The notes under the pieces are model-generated. The model searched no databases and was not told the origin of the DNA. It saw only the letters and a list, made by a program, of their open reading frames with translations. Made by a program: the position numbers and the translations under genes. From positions 5,872 through 69,871 of the forward strand of contig JAQBHB010000036.1 of the NCBI GenBank assembly GCA_032128115.1: a stretch of DNA of 64,000 nucleotides, written 5' to 3'. How positions within the stretch are numbered: position 1 is the stretch's first letter; every line of letters begins with the position of its first letter. The DNA is from Deltaproteobacteria bacterium. GTDB lineage: Bacteria; Myxococcota_A; UBA9160; SMWR01. Shown here piece after piece: positions 1-7,406 of this stretch.

Positions 1-602
1 AGGGACGACAACGCCGCTCCCTTGCGCTGCTGCAGCAACGACGCGGGCACCACGACCGGACCAGCTTCGAGCGCCTGCTGCGCGACCACCTGCAGGGCGG
101 CTCCACCTGGCACGGCGAGGGCTGCCCGGACGACGAGTGCTTCTTCACGCTGTGTGCTCACAGCGAGCCGGTGCACTGGACCACGGCCAGCATGGTGGCG
201 CCACTGCCCAACGATCGCTCGGTCCCGTGGCCCGTCTGGGTGTCATTCGCAACGCCCTGCACCGGCATCTTCCTGCCGGTGTATCTGGACGGAACACTGC
301 CGCCGGCGCTGGCGCGGGAATCCGAAGAACCGGATCCCCAGTCGGCCTGGTGGACATTCAAGCGACTCCAGGACGCAGCCGCGGGCGACTGGAAACGCAA
401 CACGCCCCTGCTGCGAGAGGCCTGGGACGACTTCAGCGAGAAGCTCGAGGTCGAGAGAGAGAGCGTCGAGGCGGCGGCGCGAAGCGCTGCGATAGCCGGG
501 GATCGCGACACAGCGGCTGTGATCGTGAGCGACTTCATGGCGCGAACGGTGGAGAAGACCCTGGCCCAGGCCGAACAGCTGCGCGGCCGGATCGCGGCCT
601 AG
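1..602 (+). CDS. 3' part of a gene for a putative peptidase C69/secernin-like (Ntn-hydrolase) protein; 5' end lies upstream of the window
   Basis: Frame 3 is open from base 3 to TAG 600-602 and reads as ordinary protein (..FERLLRDHLQGGSTWHGEGCPDDECFFTLCAHSEPVHWTTASMVAPLPNDRSVPWPVWVSFATPCTGIFLPVYLDG..WWTFKRLQD..). Track ORF 171..602 is only its Met-initiated tail. The family call is from memory of C69-type C-terminal regions; no search was done. Confidence 0.5.
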   Translation, partial: GRQRRSLALLQQRRGHHDRTSFERLLRDHLQGGSTWHGEGCPDDECFFTLCAHSEPVHWTTASMVAPLPNDRSVPWPVWVSFATPCTGIFLPVYLDGTLPPALARESEEPDPQSAWWTFKRLQDAAAGDWKRNTPLLREAWDDFSEKLEVERESVEAAARSAAIAGDRDTAAVIVSDFMARTVEKTLAQAEQLRGRIAA

Positions 603-624
603 ATGCAGCGGGGTGCGCCCGCTC

Positions 625-864
625 TCAGGCGGTGCGGATCTCCGCTACGACCGGGATCGGCCGCACGCGGCGTGCGTGCGGGAAGTAATCTTCCCGCACA
701 CCCCACGGCACACCGAGAGCGATCAGGATCTTTCGCTTGGTTGCCTGGCGACAGGGACGGCCCTTTTCGACGGCGTGAATCGTGCGCGCGGAAATTCCCG
801 CCTTCTCAGCGAGCTCGGTCTGGGTCCAACCCATGGCTTGTCGAGCAGCTCGGATACGATTCAT
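625..864 (-). CDS. XRE-family helix-turn-helix transcriptional regulator (79 aa)
   Basis: N-terminal HTH_3 pattern MGWTQTELAEKAGISARTIHAVEKG. Small size is typical of Cro/CI-type regulators. Convergent with the upstream CDS. Confidence 0.8.
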   Translation of the reverse strand: MNRIRAARQAMGWTQTELAEKAGISARTIHAVEKGRPCRQATKRKILIALGVPWGVREDYFPHARRVRPIPVVAEIRTA

Positions 865-1096
865 GACTGGAGGCTCCAGGCCCGCGGTTCGCCACCCCGA
901 AACGTAGCGTCAAGCCGCAGCTGAGGCGAAGGTGTATCGTTTTCCTCACATGTGCATGAATCGGCAATTGCTTTTGATTCCGGGTAGTTGCCGAAAGAAT
1001 CCCGCGGGGTCCACGCCACTTGTTCCGATCTGAACACCCCTGGAACGAGGTGCGGCCGGTCTCCCCTGCACGGGACACCGGCCGCGTCGAAGTCCC

Positions 1097-1174
1097 TGGG
1101 GTGGGCGAGGGGGATCGAACCCCCGACCTCCAGAACCACAATCTGGCGCTCTAACCAACTGAGCTACGCCCACC
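1097..1174 (-). tRNA. tRNA-His(GTG): tRNA-His (anticodon GTG)
   Basis: The reverse complement folds as a cloverleaf: G(-1)+GTGGGCG acceptor, D arm GCTC/GAGC, anticodon stem CCAGA/TCTGG with loop TTGTGGT, T arm GGGGG-TTCGATC-CCCCT, 3' CGCCCAC-C-CCA. The extra 5' G pairing with discriminator C is the His identity element. CCA is encoded. Confidence 0.95.
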
Positions 1175-1245
1175 GCGAAAGACCGGCGAAGCTATCCACG
1201 GCCCACGGAGGTGTCAACGCGCCGGCTCTCGGCCCTGCGCAGAGG

Positions 1246-1321
1246 TGGTGCCCCGGGGAGGAGTCGAACCTCCGACCCGTCGCTTAGAAGGCGACTGCTC
1301 TATCCGCTGAGCTACCGGGGC
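1246..1321 (-). tRNA. tRNA-Arg(TCT): tRNA-Arg (anticodon TCT)
   Basis: Reverse complement GCCCCGG-TA-GCTC-AGCGGATA-GAGC-A-GTCGC-CTTCTAA-GCGAC-GGGTC-GGAGG-TTCGACT-CCTCC-CCGGGGC-A-CCA. Canonical 76-nt cloverleaf with anticodon TCT and an encoded CCA. Confidence 0.95.
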
Positions 1322-1466
1322 GTTGCCCCTGTTCCTAACCGATTGCGACCCCGAACGCGACTCGATCCCCGCGGCTCTTCGACGCGCATGGAAAGACCTG
1401 CCGGAAGACCTGGCCGAGCGCCTACGCGCCCTGGGCTACACGGACTGAGCGGGAAACCTGGAGGCG

Positions 1467-1742
1467 CTACGCAACCGGGCGCAGGCGGATCGGTTGCAGG
1501 TGCGCGCGGGCGTCGGCCATCTCGTTTTGCTCGCGCTCGATCTGGACGAAGCGCCGGCGGAACCACCACACGACACCGCCGATCATGACCAGCGGCAGTG
1601 CGGTGAGGAAAACCGTCGTGAACAGGAAGGCGGCGCGATTCTCTTCGCCGTTGCCGGAAAAGCACACCGCACAGGCCTGGGCGGCCGCCGGCAGCAGGAT
1701 CACCCCGGTTGCCGCCGCGAGCGCAAACCACCGCCTTCTCAT
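1467..1742 (-). CDS. small membrane-anchored protein with an exported CxxC motif (91 aa), last gene of the oxidase operon
   Basis: In-frame tail of track ORF 1467..2204 starting at ATG 1742: MRRRWFALAAATGVILLPAAAQACAVCFSG..FLFTTVFLTALPLVMIGGVVWWFRRRF. It has a signal-like segment, a CAVC motif, one TM helix and a basic cytoplasmic tail. It lies 35 nt downstream of the subunit-III-like gene. No family recognised. Confidence 0.55.
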   Translation of the reverse strand: MRRRWFALAAATGVILLPAAAQACAVCFSGNGEENRAAFLFTTVFLTALPLVMIGGVVWWFRRRFVQIEREQNEMADARAHLQPIRLRPVA

Positions 1743-1777
1743 CGGGTCCTTCACAGCGTTCTCCGTCGGGATTTTTC

Positions 1778-2371
1778 TCACAGGTAGACCCGCCAGTACA
1801 GGATCGGCCACAGCCCCACGACGAAATACCAGAAGATCTGGGCCCCGGCAAACGTGCCCGGCGCCAGCACCCCGCGGGTGAGCCGCAGCCACACCATCGT
1901 AAGCACCGCGAGTCCAGCGACGGCGTGCAGGCCGTGGATGCCCACGATCAGGTAGAAGAAGCCCCCCAGGGTGCTCGAGGTGAGGGTCAGGCCCTCGTGC
2001 ACGAGCGCCACCCACTCGACCCCCTGGAACACCACGAAGAAGGCGCCGAGGCCCATGGCGATCGCGAGCGGCGTGCTCGTGCTCTTGCGGTCGCGGCGAA
2101 AGGTGCGATTGGCATAGAAGAGCATCGCACCGCTCAGCAGCAGCGCACCGGTGTTGATCGCGGTCTGCTCGATGGGAAGACGCGGCTGGTTCGGGGGGGG
2201 CCATCCGCCAATGGCGGTGGTGCGAACGATGGTGAAAGCGCTGATCAGGCCCGCGAACAGCATCGATTCGCTGATCACGAAGATCAGGCTTCCCATGGCT
2301 GCGTTCGGGAGGATCGGTGCCGGCCTCGGATCGGCCATCACGCGCAGGTTGGCTCGTGATCGCTGGGCCAT
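1778..2371 (-). CDS. cytochrome c oxidase subunit III family protein (second copy, 197 aa)
   Basis: Track ORF 1778..2659 trimmed to ATG 2371 (MAQRSRANL..), because the upstream part overlaps the subunit IV gene. Subunit-III-type helices and motifs: FVISESMLFAGLISAF, FYLIVGIHGLHAVAG, FWYFVVGLWPILYWRVYL. Confidence 0.8.
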   Translation of the reverse strand: MAQRSRANLRVMADPRPAPILPNAAMGSLIFVISESMLFAGLISAFTIVRTTAIGGWPPPNQPRLPIEQTAINTGALLLSGAMLFYANRTFRRDRKSTSTPLAIAMGLGAFFVVFQGVEWVALVHEGLTLTSSTLGGFFYLIVGIHGLHAVAGLAVLTMVWLRLTRGVLAPGTFAGAQIFWYFVVGLWPILYWRVYL

Positions 2372-2403
2372 GATGGGGGGTCCCTCGAGATCGCGGCTGG
2401 GTG

Positions 2404-2754
2404 CTAGGAGTGGGGCTTCCCGGAGAGGGATTTCTCCGCGCCCTTCAGCTCTGCGGCCCAATCGGGCTTGTTCCAGTTCGCACCCCTGTGCTGCATCACG
2501 TCCGGCGCCGTGCCCGCGAAGAACAGGAACACGAAAACCAGCACCGTCGCCAACAGGTAGATCGCGAATTTTGGCTGGACGTTCAGGTGCATGAAGTGCT
2601 TGGCCACCAGGAACGCCTTCACGCAGGCGATGCCGAAGGCCGTGATCAGGGTGAGCCACCAGATCCCGATGAACGGGCCCAGGACGCTGACGCTCAGCAG
2701 GGCCAGCAGGATGAAGTAGATCTTGAAGTAGCTGGGATGGGCGTGTTCGGACAT
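2404..2754 (-). CDS. cytochrome c oxidase subunit IV (prokaryotic COX4/CyoD-type small subunit)
   Basis: 116 aa with three hydrophobic helices and the characteristic VKAFLVAKHFMHL segment. Sits between two subunit-III-type genes in the oxidase operon. Confidence 0.8.
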   Translation of the reverse strand: MSEHAHPSYFKIYFILLALLSVSVLGPFIGIWWLTLITAFGIACVKAFLVAKHFMHLNVQPKFAIYLLATVLVFVFLFFAGTAPDVMQHRGANWNKPDWAAELKGAEKSLSGKPHS

Positions 2755-2767
2755 GGATCCACGGGCC

Positions 2768-3337
2768 TCACTTGGCGATGTACAGAAGCGGGAAGAGGAA
2801 GATCCAGACGATGTCGACGAAGTGCCAATAGATACCGATCAGCTCCACCCGATGGAGTTCACGCCCCTTCCAGGCTTCGGCAGCGACGAAGCCCATGATG
2901 ACCACGCCGCCAATCACGTGCAGGGCGTGCAGGCCCGCGGCCGTGTAGTAGAACGACCAGAACGAGTTGGCCGTGATCGTGTATCCATGGCTGATCTCCA
3001 TGGTCCACTCGAAGCCCTTGACGGTGACGAAGATCGCGCCGCCCAGCATGGTGAGCATCAGCATCCTGGCGGCTTTCTTGCCGTCGCCCTCCTCAGCGGC
3101 CTTGTGGCCCAGCACCGCCGACAGGCTCGAGCTGAGCAGCACCAGCGTGTTGAAGGAGCCGATCCATATGTTGGTGTGGGCGGCGTAGCCGGCCCAGGCC
3201 GGGTGCGCCAGGCGGTGCATGATGTAGGCGGACAGCAGCCCGCCGAAGATCACGATTTCCGAGGCGACCACCCACCACACGGCAAGCCGACCGGTGGGGA
3301 TGCCCGAAGTGCTCCTGGTATTGGCAATCGGTCTCAT
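2768..3337 (-). CDS. ctaE: cytochrome c oxidase subunit III
   Basis: 189 aa. Motifs WWVVASEIVIFGGLLSAY, FYYTAAGLHALHVIGG, IYWHFVDIVWIFLFPLLY. Immediately downstream of subunit I. Confidence 0.9.
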   Translation of the reverse strand: MRPIANTRSTSGIPTGRLAVWWVVASEIVIFGGLLSAYIMHRLAHPAWAGYAAHTNIWIGSFNTLVLLSSSLSAVLGHKAAEEGDGKKAARMLMLTMLGGAIFVTVKGFEWTMEISHGYTITANSFWSFYYTAAGLHALHVIGGVVIMGFVAAEAWKGRELHRVELIGIYWHFVDIVWIFLFPLLYIAK

Positions 3338-3355
3338 GCGTTTCCCTGGTCCCGA

Positions 3356-5056
3356 TCAGCTGGGGACGTTCTGAGGCCAGTAATCTTCGTCACGGCCGGG
3401 AACACTGTACTCGTAGGGGCCGCGATAAACGGTCGGAAGCGTCGAGCCGAAATTTCCGTGGGGCGGCGGCGACGGCGCCACCCATTCGAGGGTGGTGGAC
3501 TTCCACGGGTTGTTGCCAGCGGCCTTGCCGCGGCGGATGCTGACGATGAAGTTGTAGAAGAACACCAGCTGGAACGCGAACATCACCAGCATCGCGATGG
3601 TCGCGAACTCGCGCACGGGTTGCATCGCCGCCAGCTCGGGAAAGTGGGTGAAGTCGTAGACCCGCCGGTGCTGCCCCGCCGCTCCCAGTACGAACAGCGG
3701 TATGAAGATCATGTTGAAGGGGATGATCGTGCCCCAGAAATGGATCTTCCCCAGCGTGTCGTTCATCATCTTGCCGAACATCTTCGGGAACCAGAACGTG
3801 ATGCCCGCGAAGGTGCCGATGATGGCGATGGGGAAGAACGTGTAGTGGAAGTGGGCCAGCACGAAGTAGGTGTCGTGGAAGTAGATGTCGGCGCCACTCG
3901 CCCCCAGGAAGATTCCCGTTACGCCCCCGATCAGGAACTCGGCCACGAAGGACAGTGCCCAGAGCATGGGCGTGGTGAGCGTGATCCGGCCCCGGTACAG
4001 GGTGGCGATATACACGAAGCACATCTCGGCGATGGGGATCGAGATGAGCAGTGTGGTGACCGTGAAGATGTGCGCCATGCGGGGATCGATGCCGGCGATG
4101 AACTGGTGATGCGCCCATACGGTGAAGCTCAGGACCCCGGTGCCGATCGCGGTGTACAGGATCGTGCGGTACGCGAAGAGCTTCTTGCGTGCGAACACGC
4201 ACATGATGTCTGCGGCGATGCCGATGGCCGGCAGCAGCACCACGTAGACCTCCGGATGTCCGAAGAACCAGAACAGGTGCTGCCAGAGCAGGGGATCACC
4301 GCCCCGGTCGGGATCGTAGAAGGCGGTGCCGACCTGCTGGTCCATGAAGAGCATCACGGCGCCGGCGATGAGCGGACCCACCGAGCACATGAACAGGATG
4401 CTGGCGATCACGATGAACCACACCACGATCGGGATGTCGGTGTACTTCATGCCCGGCGCCCGCGAGTTCATGGCGGTGGTCACGAAATTGATGCCGCCAA
4501 GCAGGAAGGCCACGAACTCCAGCGCCACGGCCACGAGCCACAGGGTCGAGCCCATGGGGGTCATGTTGTACTGGGCCTTCGCCGAGAGCGGGGGATAGGC
4601 CGTCCAGGCGCCTCCGAAGCCTCCCCCCTCCACCATGAACGATGCGATCAGAACCAGCGTGCTGATGAAGAACACCTGGTACGAGAGCCGATTGATCTTC
4701 GGAAACACCATGTCGTCGCAGCCGCACATGAGCGGAATCAGGAAGTTCCCGAAGGCGGCCACCAGCACCGGCATGGCCACCCAGAAGATCATGATGGTGC
4801 CGTGATTCGTGATGAGCGCGTTGTAGTCGCCGGGCCCCACCAGGCCGTAGAGGGGGACCTCCATGCCCGGGAACGCGAGTTGCATGCGAAAGACGTAGGC
4901 CATGAAGCCGCCCAGCAGCCCCATGAACATCCCCGTGAAGAGGTACTGCATGGCGATCATCTTGTGATCGGTGGGGAAGATGTACTTGCTGAGGAAGCCC
5001 AGCTCTTCGTGGTGGTGATCGTCGTGATGGATCGCCGATTCGACGCTCTCAGCCAT
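3356..5056 (-). CDS. ctaD: cytochrome c oxidase subunit I (heme-copper oxidase catalytic subunit)
   Basis: 566 aa. Signature segments LFWFFGHPEVYVVLLP and WAHHQFIAG, with HFHYTF near the C-terminal helices. About 12 hydrophobic helices. Confidence 0.97.
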   Translation of the reverse strand: MAESVESAIHHDDHHHEELGFLSKYIFPTDHKMIAMQYLFTGMFMGLLGGFMAYVFRMQLAFPGMEVPLYGLVGPGDYNALITNHGTIMIFWVAMPVLVAAFGNFLIPLMCGCDDMVFPKINRLSYQVFFISTLVLIASFMVEGGGFGGAWTAYPPLSAKAQYNMTPMGSTLWLVAVALEFVAFLLGGINFVTTAMNSRAPGMKYTDIPIVVWFIVIASILFMCSVGPLIAGAVMLFMDQQVGTAFYDPDRGGDPLLWQHLFWFFGHPEVYVVLLPAIGIAADIMCVFARKKLFAYRTILYTAIGTGVLSFTVWAHHQFIAGIDPRMAHIFTVTTLLISIPIAEMCFVYIATLYRGRITLTTPMLWALSFVAEFLIGGVTGIFLGASGADIYFHDTYFVLAHFHYTFFPIAIIGTFAGITFWFPKMFGKMMNDTLGKIHFWGTIIPFNMIFIPLFVLGAAGQHRRVYDFTHFPELAAMQPVREFATIAMLVMFAFQLVFFYNFIVSIRRGKAAGNNPWKSTTLEWVAPSPPPHGNFGSTLPTVYRGPYEYSVPGRDEDYWPQNVPS

Positions 5057-5065
5057 GATGGTTCC

Positions 5066-5776
5066 TTACCGGGTTCCGGCCCGGGGGTTCGCCGCCGCCA
5101 GCGACAGCGAATGTTGGGCGTTCCAGGCGGCGTGGTTTTCGGGTGATTCCACGAAGATCCTCGCGCCCATGAGCCCATGGCCGATGCCGCAGATCTCGGC
5201 GCACTGGATGTCGTACTCGCCCGTCTTGTCGGGCAGCGCCTCGAACCAGCCGCGGATGACGCGTCCGGGCACCGCGTCCTGCTTGAGGCGGAAGACGGGA
5301 ACGGAGAAGCTGTGGAGCACGTCCCGGGATTCGAGCTCGTAGATATACGACTTGCCGGCCTCGATGTGGAGCTCGTCCACCGTCGTGATGTCGTCAGCGG
5401 TGCCGAGCCTCAGGTCGGGCCCCGGGTGCACGAAGGTCCATGCCCACTGCTGACTGATTACGCGCACCGTCGCGTAGGGCTCTTCGGGAAGGTGTTGCTT
5501 GATGTCGTACCAGACCCGCACAGCGCCCACGATGATGAATACGTCGCAGACCAGCACCAGCAGGTGGGGCCAGGTGATCCAGCGCTTGAGTTCCTTTTCC
5601 TCGCCCGTGATGTAGTCGGCCGGCACGCCGTCGCGCTTGCGGTAGCGGACGATGAACCAGAAGAAGAGGCCCTCACACAAGATGAACCAGAAGCCCGTCA
5701 ACACGGCGATGAGCAGGATCAGGTTGTCCAGGCTCTCTGCGTAGGTGGAGACGGCTTCGACGTAGTATTCGATCAT
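5066..5776 (-). CDS. ctaC: cytochrome c oxidase subunit II (CuA subunit, no fused cytochrome c domain)
   Basis: 236 aa. Two N-terminal TM helices and CuA ligand motifs HSFSVP and CAEICGIGHGLM. 9 nt upstream of subunit I. Confidence 0.95.
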   Translation of the reverse strand: MIEYYVEAVSTYAESLDNLILLIAVLTGFWFILCEGLFFWFIVRYRKRDGVPADYITGEEKELKRWITWPHLLVLVCDVFIIVGAVRVWYDIKQHLPEEPYATVRVISQQWAWTFVHPGPDLRLGTADDITTVDELHIEAGKSYIYELESRDVLHSFSVPVFRLKQDAVPGRVIRGWFEALPDKTGEYDIQCAEICGIGHGLMGARIFVESPENHAAWNAQHSLSLAAANPRAGTR

Positions 5777-5788
5777 CTGGATCCAACC

Positions 5789-5893
5789 TCAGAGAACGAA
5801 GATGAAGACGGCTGCAATGAAGAGTCCGATCCCCACCATGCTGATGACGAACGCCCGGCCCGCCAGTTCGTTTGCGTCGTAATCCTTTGCCAT
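5789..5893 (-). CDS. 34-aa single-TM micro-protein between the cytochrome c and coxB genes (not in the ORF track)
   Basis: My own translation of the minus strand: ATG 5893 .. TGA 5789 = MAKDYDANELAGRAFVISMVGIGLFIAAVFIFVL. It is a polar head plus one hydrophobic helix. It fills the whole gap between cytochrome c (stop 5910) and coxB (start 5776). A GAGG lies 13 nt upstream. Confidence 0.5.
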   Translation of the reverse strand: MAKDYDANELAGRAFVISMVGIGLFIAAVFIFVL

Positions 5894-5909
5894 TGCGCTT
5901 CTAGAACCT

Positions 5910-6557
5910 CTACTGGGGGTCGAGCGTCGCGATGTAGGCGACGACGTCCAGCATGGCCTGCTCGTCGGGCAGAGTCATCGCAAAGTTGCGCATCATGCCG
6001 CCGAAGATGTCCTTGGGGTCCGTCCCGCGCATGCCGGAGCGAAACTTGTGGAGCTGCGCCAGCTGGTACCAGTCGTTCGAGTGGAGAGCCGGCCCCTGGG
6101 TCTGCTGATTTCCCTCCGCGTTCGCGCCGTGGCAGCTCGTGCAGACCTGCTTGTAGACCACGCCGCCGCGGGAGGCGTCGCCGCCTGTGAGCACGGGGGA
6201 CGGGTCGGTTGCCGGAAGCGCGCCCACGTACGCCGCGACGGCCTGGATGTCCTCTTCGGTCTTCAAGGTTCGCGCCATGGGGCGCATGCGCAGCCCCTGG
6301 GTGTCGCCCGGGTGTTTCCCCCGGGCGCCGGACTTGAACTTCCCGAGTTGGGCCTGCACGTACCACGTCTCGAGACCCGCGATGGCCGGGGCGTGGAACA
6401 GCTCGTTGCCCTGGCCCTGGGCGCCGTGACACTGGCCGCACAGATCGAAGAGGGCCTCGCCCCGCGCGAGATCCTCGGCGGTCGCGGGCGCCCCGCTGAG
6501 CAGGCAGGCGGCGGCGATGCACGCCGCGCGGGCCACGAGTTTTCGGCGCGCTGCCAT
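5910..6557 (-). CDS. diheme c-type cytochrome (215 aa), first gene of the oxidase operon
   Basis: Track ORF 5910..6746 trimmed to ATG 6557, which has GGGAGA 6 nt upstream. Signal peptide MAARRKLVARAACIAAACLLSGAPATA. Two heme-binding sites, CGQCH and CTSCH, each followed by a Met-containing segment. Confidence 0.88.
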   Translation of the reverse strand: MAARRKLVARAACIAAACLLSGAPATAEDLARGEALFDLCGQCHGAQGQGNELFHAPAIAGLETWYVQAQLGKFKSGARGKHPGDTQGLRMRPMARTLKTEEDIQAVAAYVGALPATDPSPVLTGGDASRGGVVYKQVCTSCHGANAEGNQQTQGPALHSNDWYQLAQLHKFRSGMRGTDPKDIFGGMMRNFAMTLPDEQAMLDVVAYIATLDPQ

Positions 6558-6776
6558 CAGGTCTCCCATCCAGAGCCGGACGAGTGTGATCCGCTCGATG
6601 CGTCGAAGCGGTGGTCGATGATTGCGTGCGCGATCGCCTGACCCGAGGGCCAAGGGGGGCTCGCGCGGCCCAATCGTTAGCCAAGGGCCCCCCATTTCGT
6701 CAAGACCGTCGCGGCCTTGGCTCGCGGCACGAGAGCCGGCGACCACTGCGGTCGTCGGGGGCGATGCCCCCCATTT

Positions 6777-6810
6777 CCCGATGGAGTCAAACCCCCGATG
6801 GAGTCAAACC
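6777..6810. repeat. perfect 17-bp tandem duplication (CCCGATGGAGTCAAACC x2) spanning the DUF420 stop codon
   Basis: Read directly and confirmed through the track translation (..PDGVKPPMESN..). Copy 1 is 6777-6793 and copy 2 is 6794-6810. Copy 2 contains the TGA (6804-6806, minus strand) and last two codons of the DUF420 gene. Confidence 0.9.
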
Positions 6811-7238
6811 GGGACCGGATTGAAATGATACAGGGCGAAATAGATCGCCACGCCCGTCACCGAGACGTAGATCCAGATGGGCCAGGCGATGCGGGCGAGC
6901 CGGCGGTGTCGGTCGATGCGCCCCCGAAGAGCGAGGCGAATCAGCACGATGGCGAACACCGGCACCGTCATGGCCAGAGTCACGTGTGTGAACAAGACCG
7001 CCAGATACGCGAGCTTCACGATGCCTTCGGCGTGGAATGTGGTGTTCTCGAAGCTCCGGGACGCCTTGTGGGCCACGTAGAGAACCAGGAACAGGGACGA
7101 GACCCCGAACGCCGAGAGCATCACCCGGCGGTGGGCATCGATCCGGCCGCGGCGGATCAGGGACCGGCCCCAGATCAGCAGCACCGCTGCCAGGGCGTTG
7201 AGCGAGGCGTTGAGCGTCGGAAGCGTCGAAGGATCCAT
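6804..7238 (-). CDS. DUF420 (CtaM-like) membrane protein associated with heme-copper oxidases
   Basis: 144 aa with four helices. Characteristic LNASLNALAAVLLIWGRSLIRRGRIDAHRRVMLSAF..LFLVLYV pattern. Located directly upstream of the oxidase operon on the same strand. Confidence 0.8.
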   Translation of the reverse strand: MDPSTLPTLNASLNALAAVLLIWGRSLIRRGRIDAHRRVMLSAFGVSSLFLVLYVAHKASRSFENTTFHAEGIVKLAYLAVLFTHVTLAMTVPVFAIVLIRLALRGRIDRHRRLARIAWPIWIYVSVTGVAIYFALYHFNPVPV

Positions 7239-7406
7239 GATTTCCCTTGCCGGGGGGAGCGATTCGTTGCTAAAAATGGGGTGAAAAGGACCCTTTTCGA
7301 GTTACAGGTGCCACGGGTATGGACCTGGGCCGGGTTCCGTGGGTATCATGGCCCGGCTCTTCGGAGCTCCCTGGGAACGCGCGGATATTGCGACGCGGTG
7401 TGGCGG

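Noticed and set aside
600-640. Short hairpin GCGGG-TGCG-CCCGC between the convergent peptidase-like and XRE genes as a bidirectional terminator
   Set aside because: The stem is only 5 bp with no flanking T/A run, which is too weak to call.
2753-5146. 797-aa plus-strand ORF antisense to coxC/coxA
   Set aside because: Its composition is dominated by H, R, D, G, E and A runs, typical of the antisense frame of a high-GC gene. The opposite strand encodes unmistakable cytochrome oxidase subunits I and III.
6558-6803. Possible sigma-70 promoter (TTGACG .. 17 nt .. CTAACG) upstream of the cytochrome c gene
   Set aside because: The -10 candidate is poor (no TAnnnT). I could not distinguish it from chance, so I recorded the spacer only for its duplication and the repeated GCCCCCCATTTC motif.
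6717-7406. N-terminal 230-aa extension of the sulfatase ORF
   Set aside because: The extension overlaps the DUF420 gene on the other strand and has a junk-like composition. A good signal peptide begins at Met 7407, directly before the sulfatase domain.
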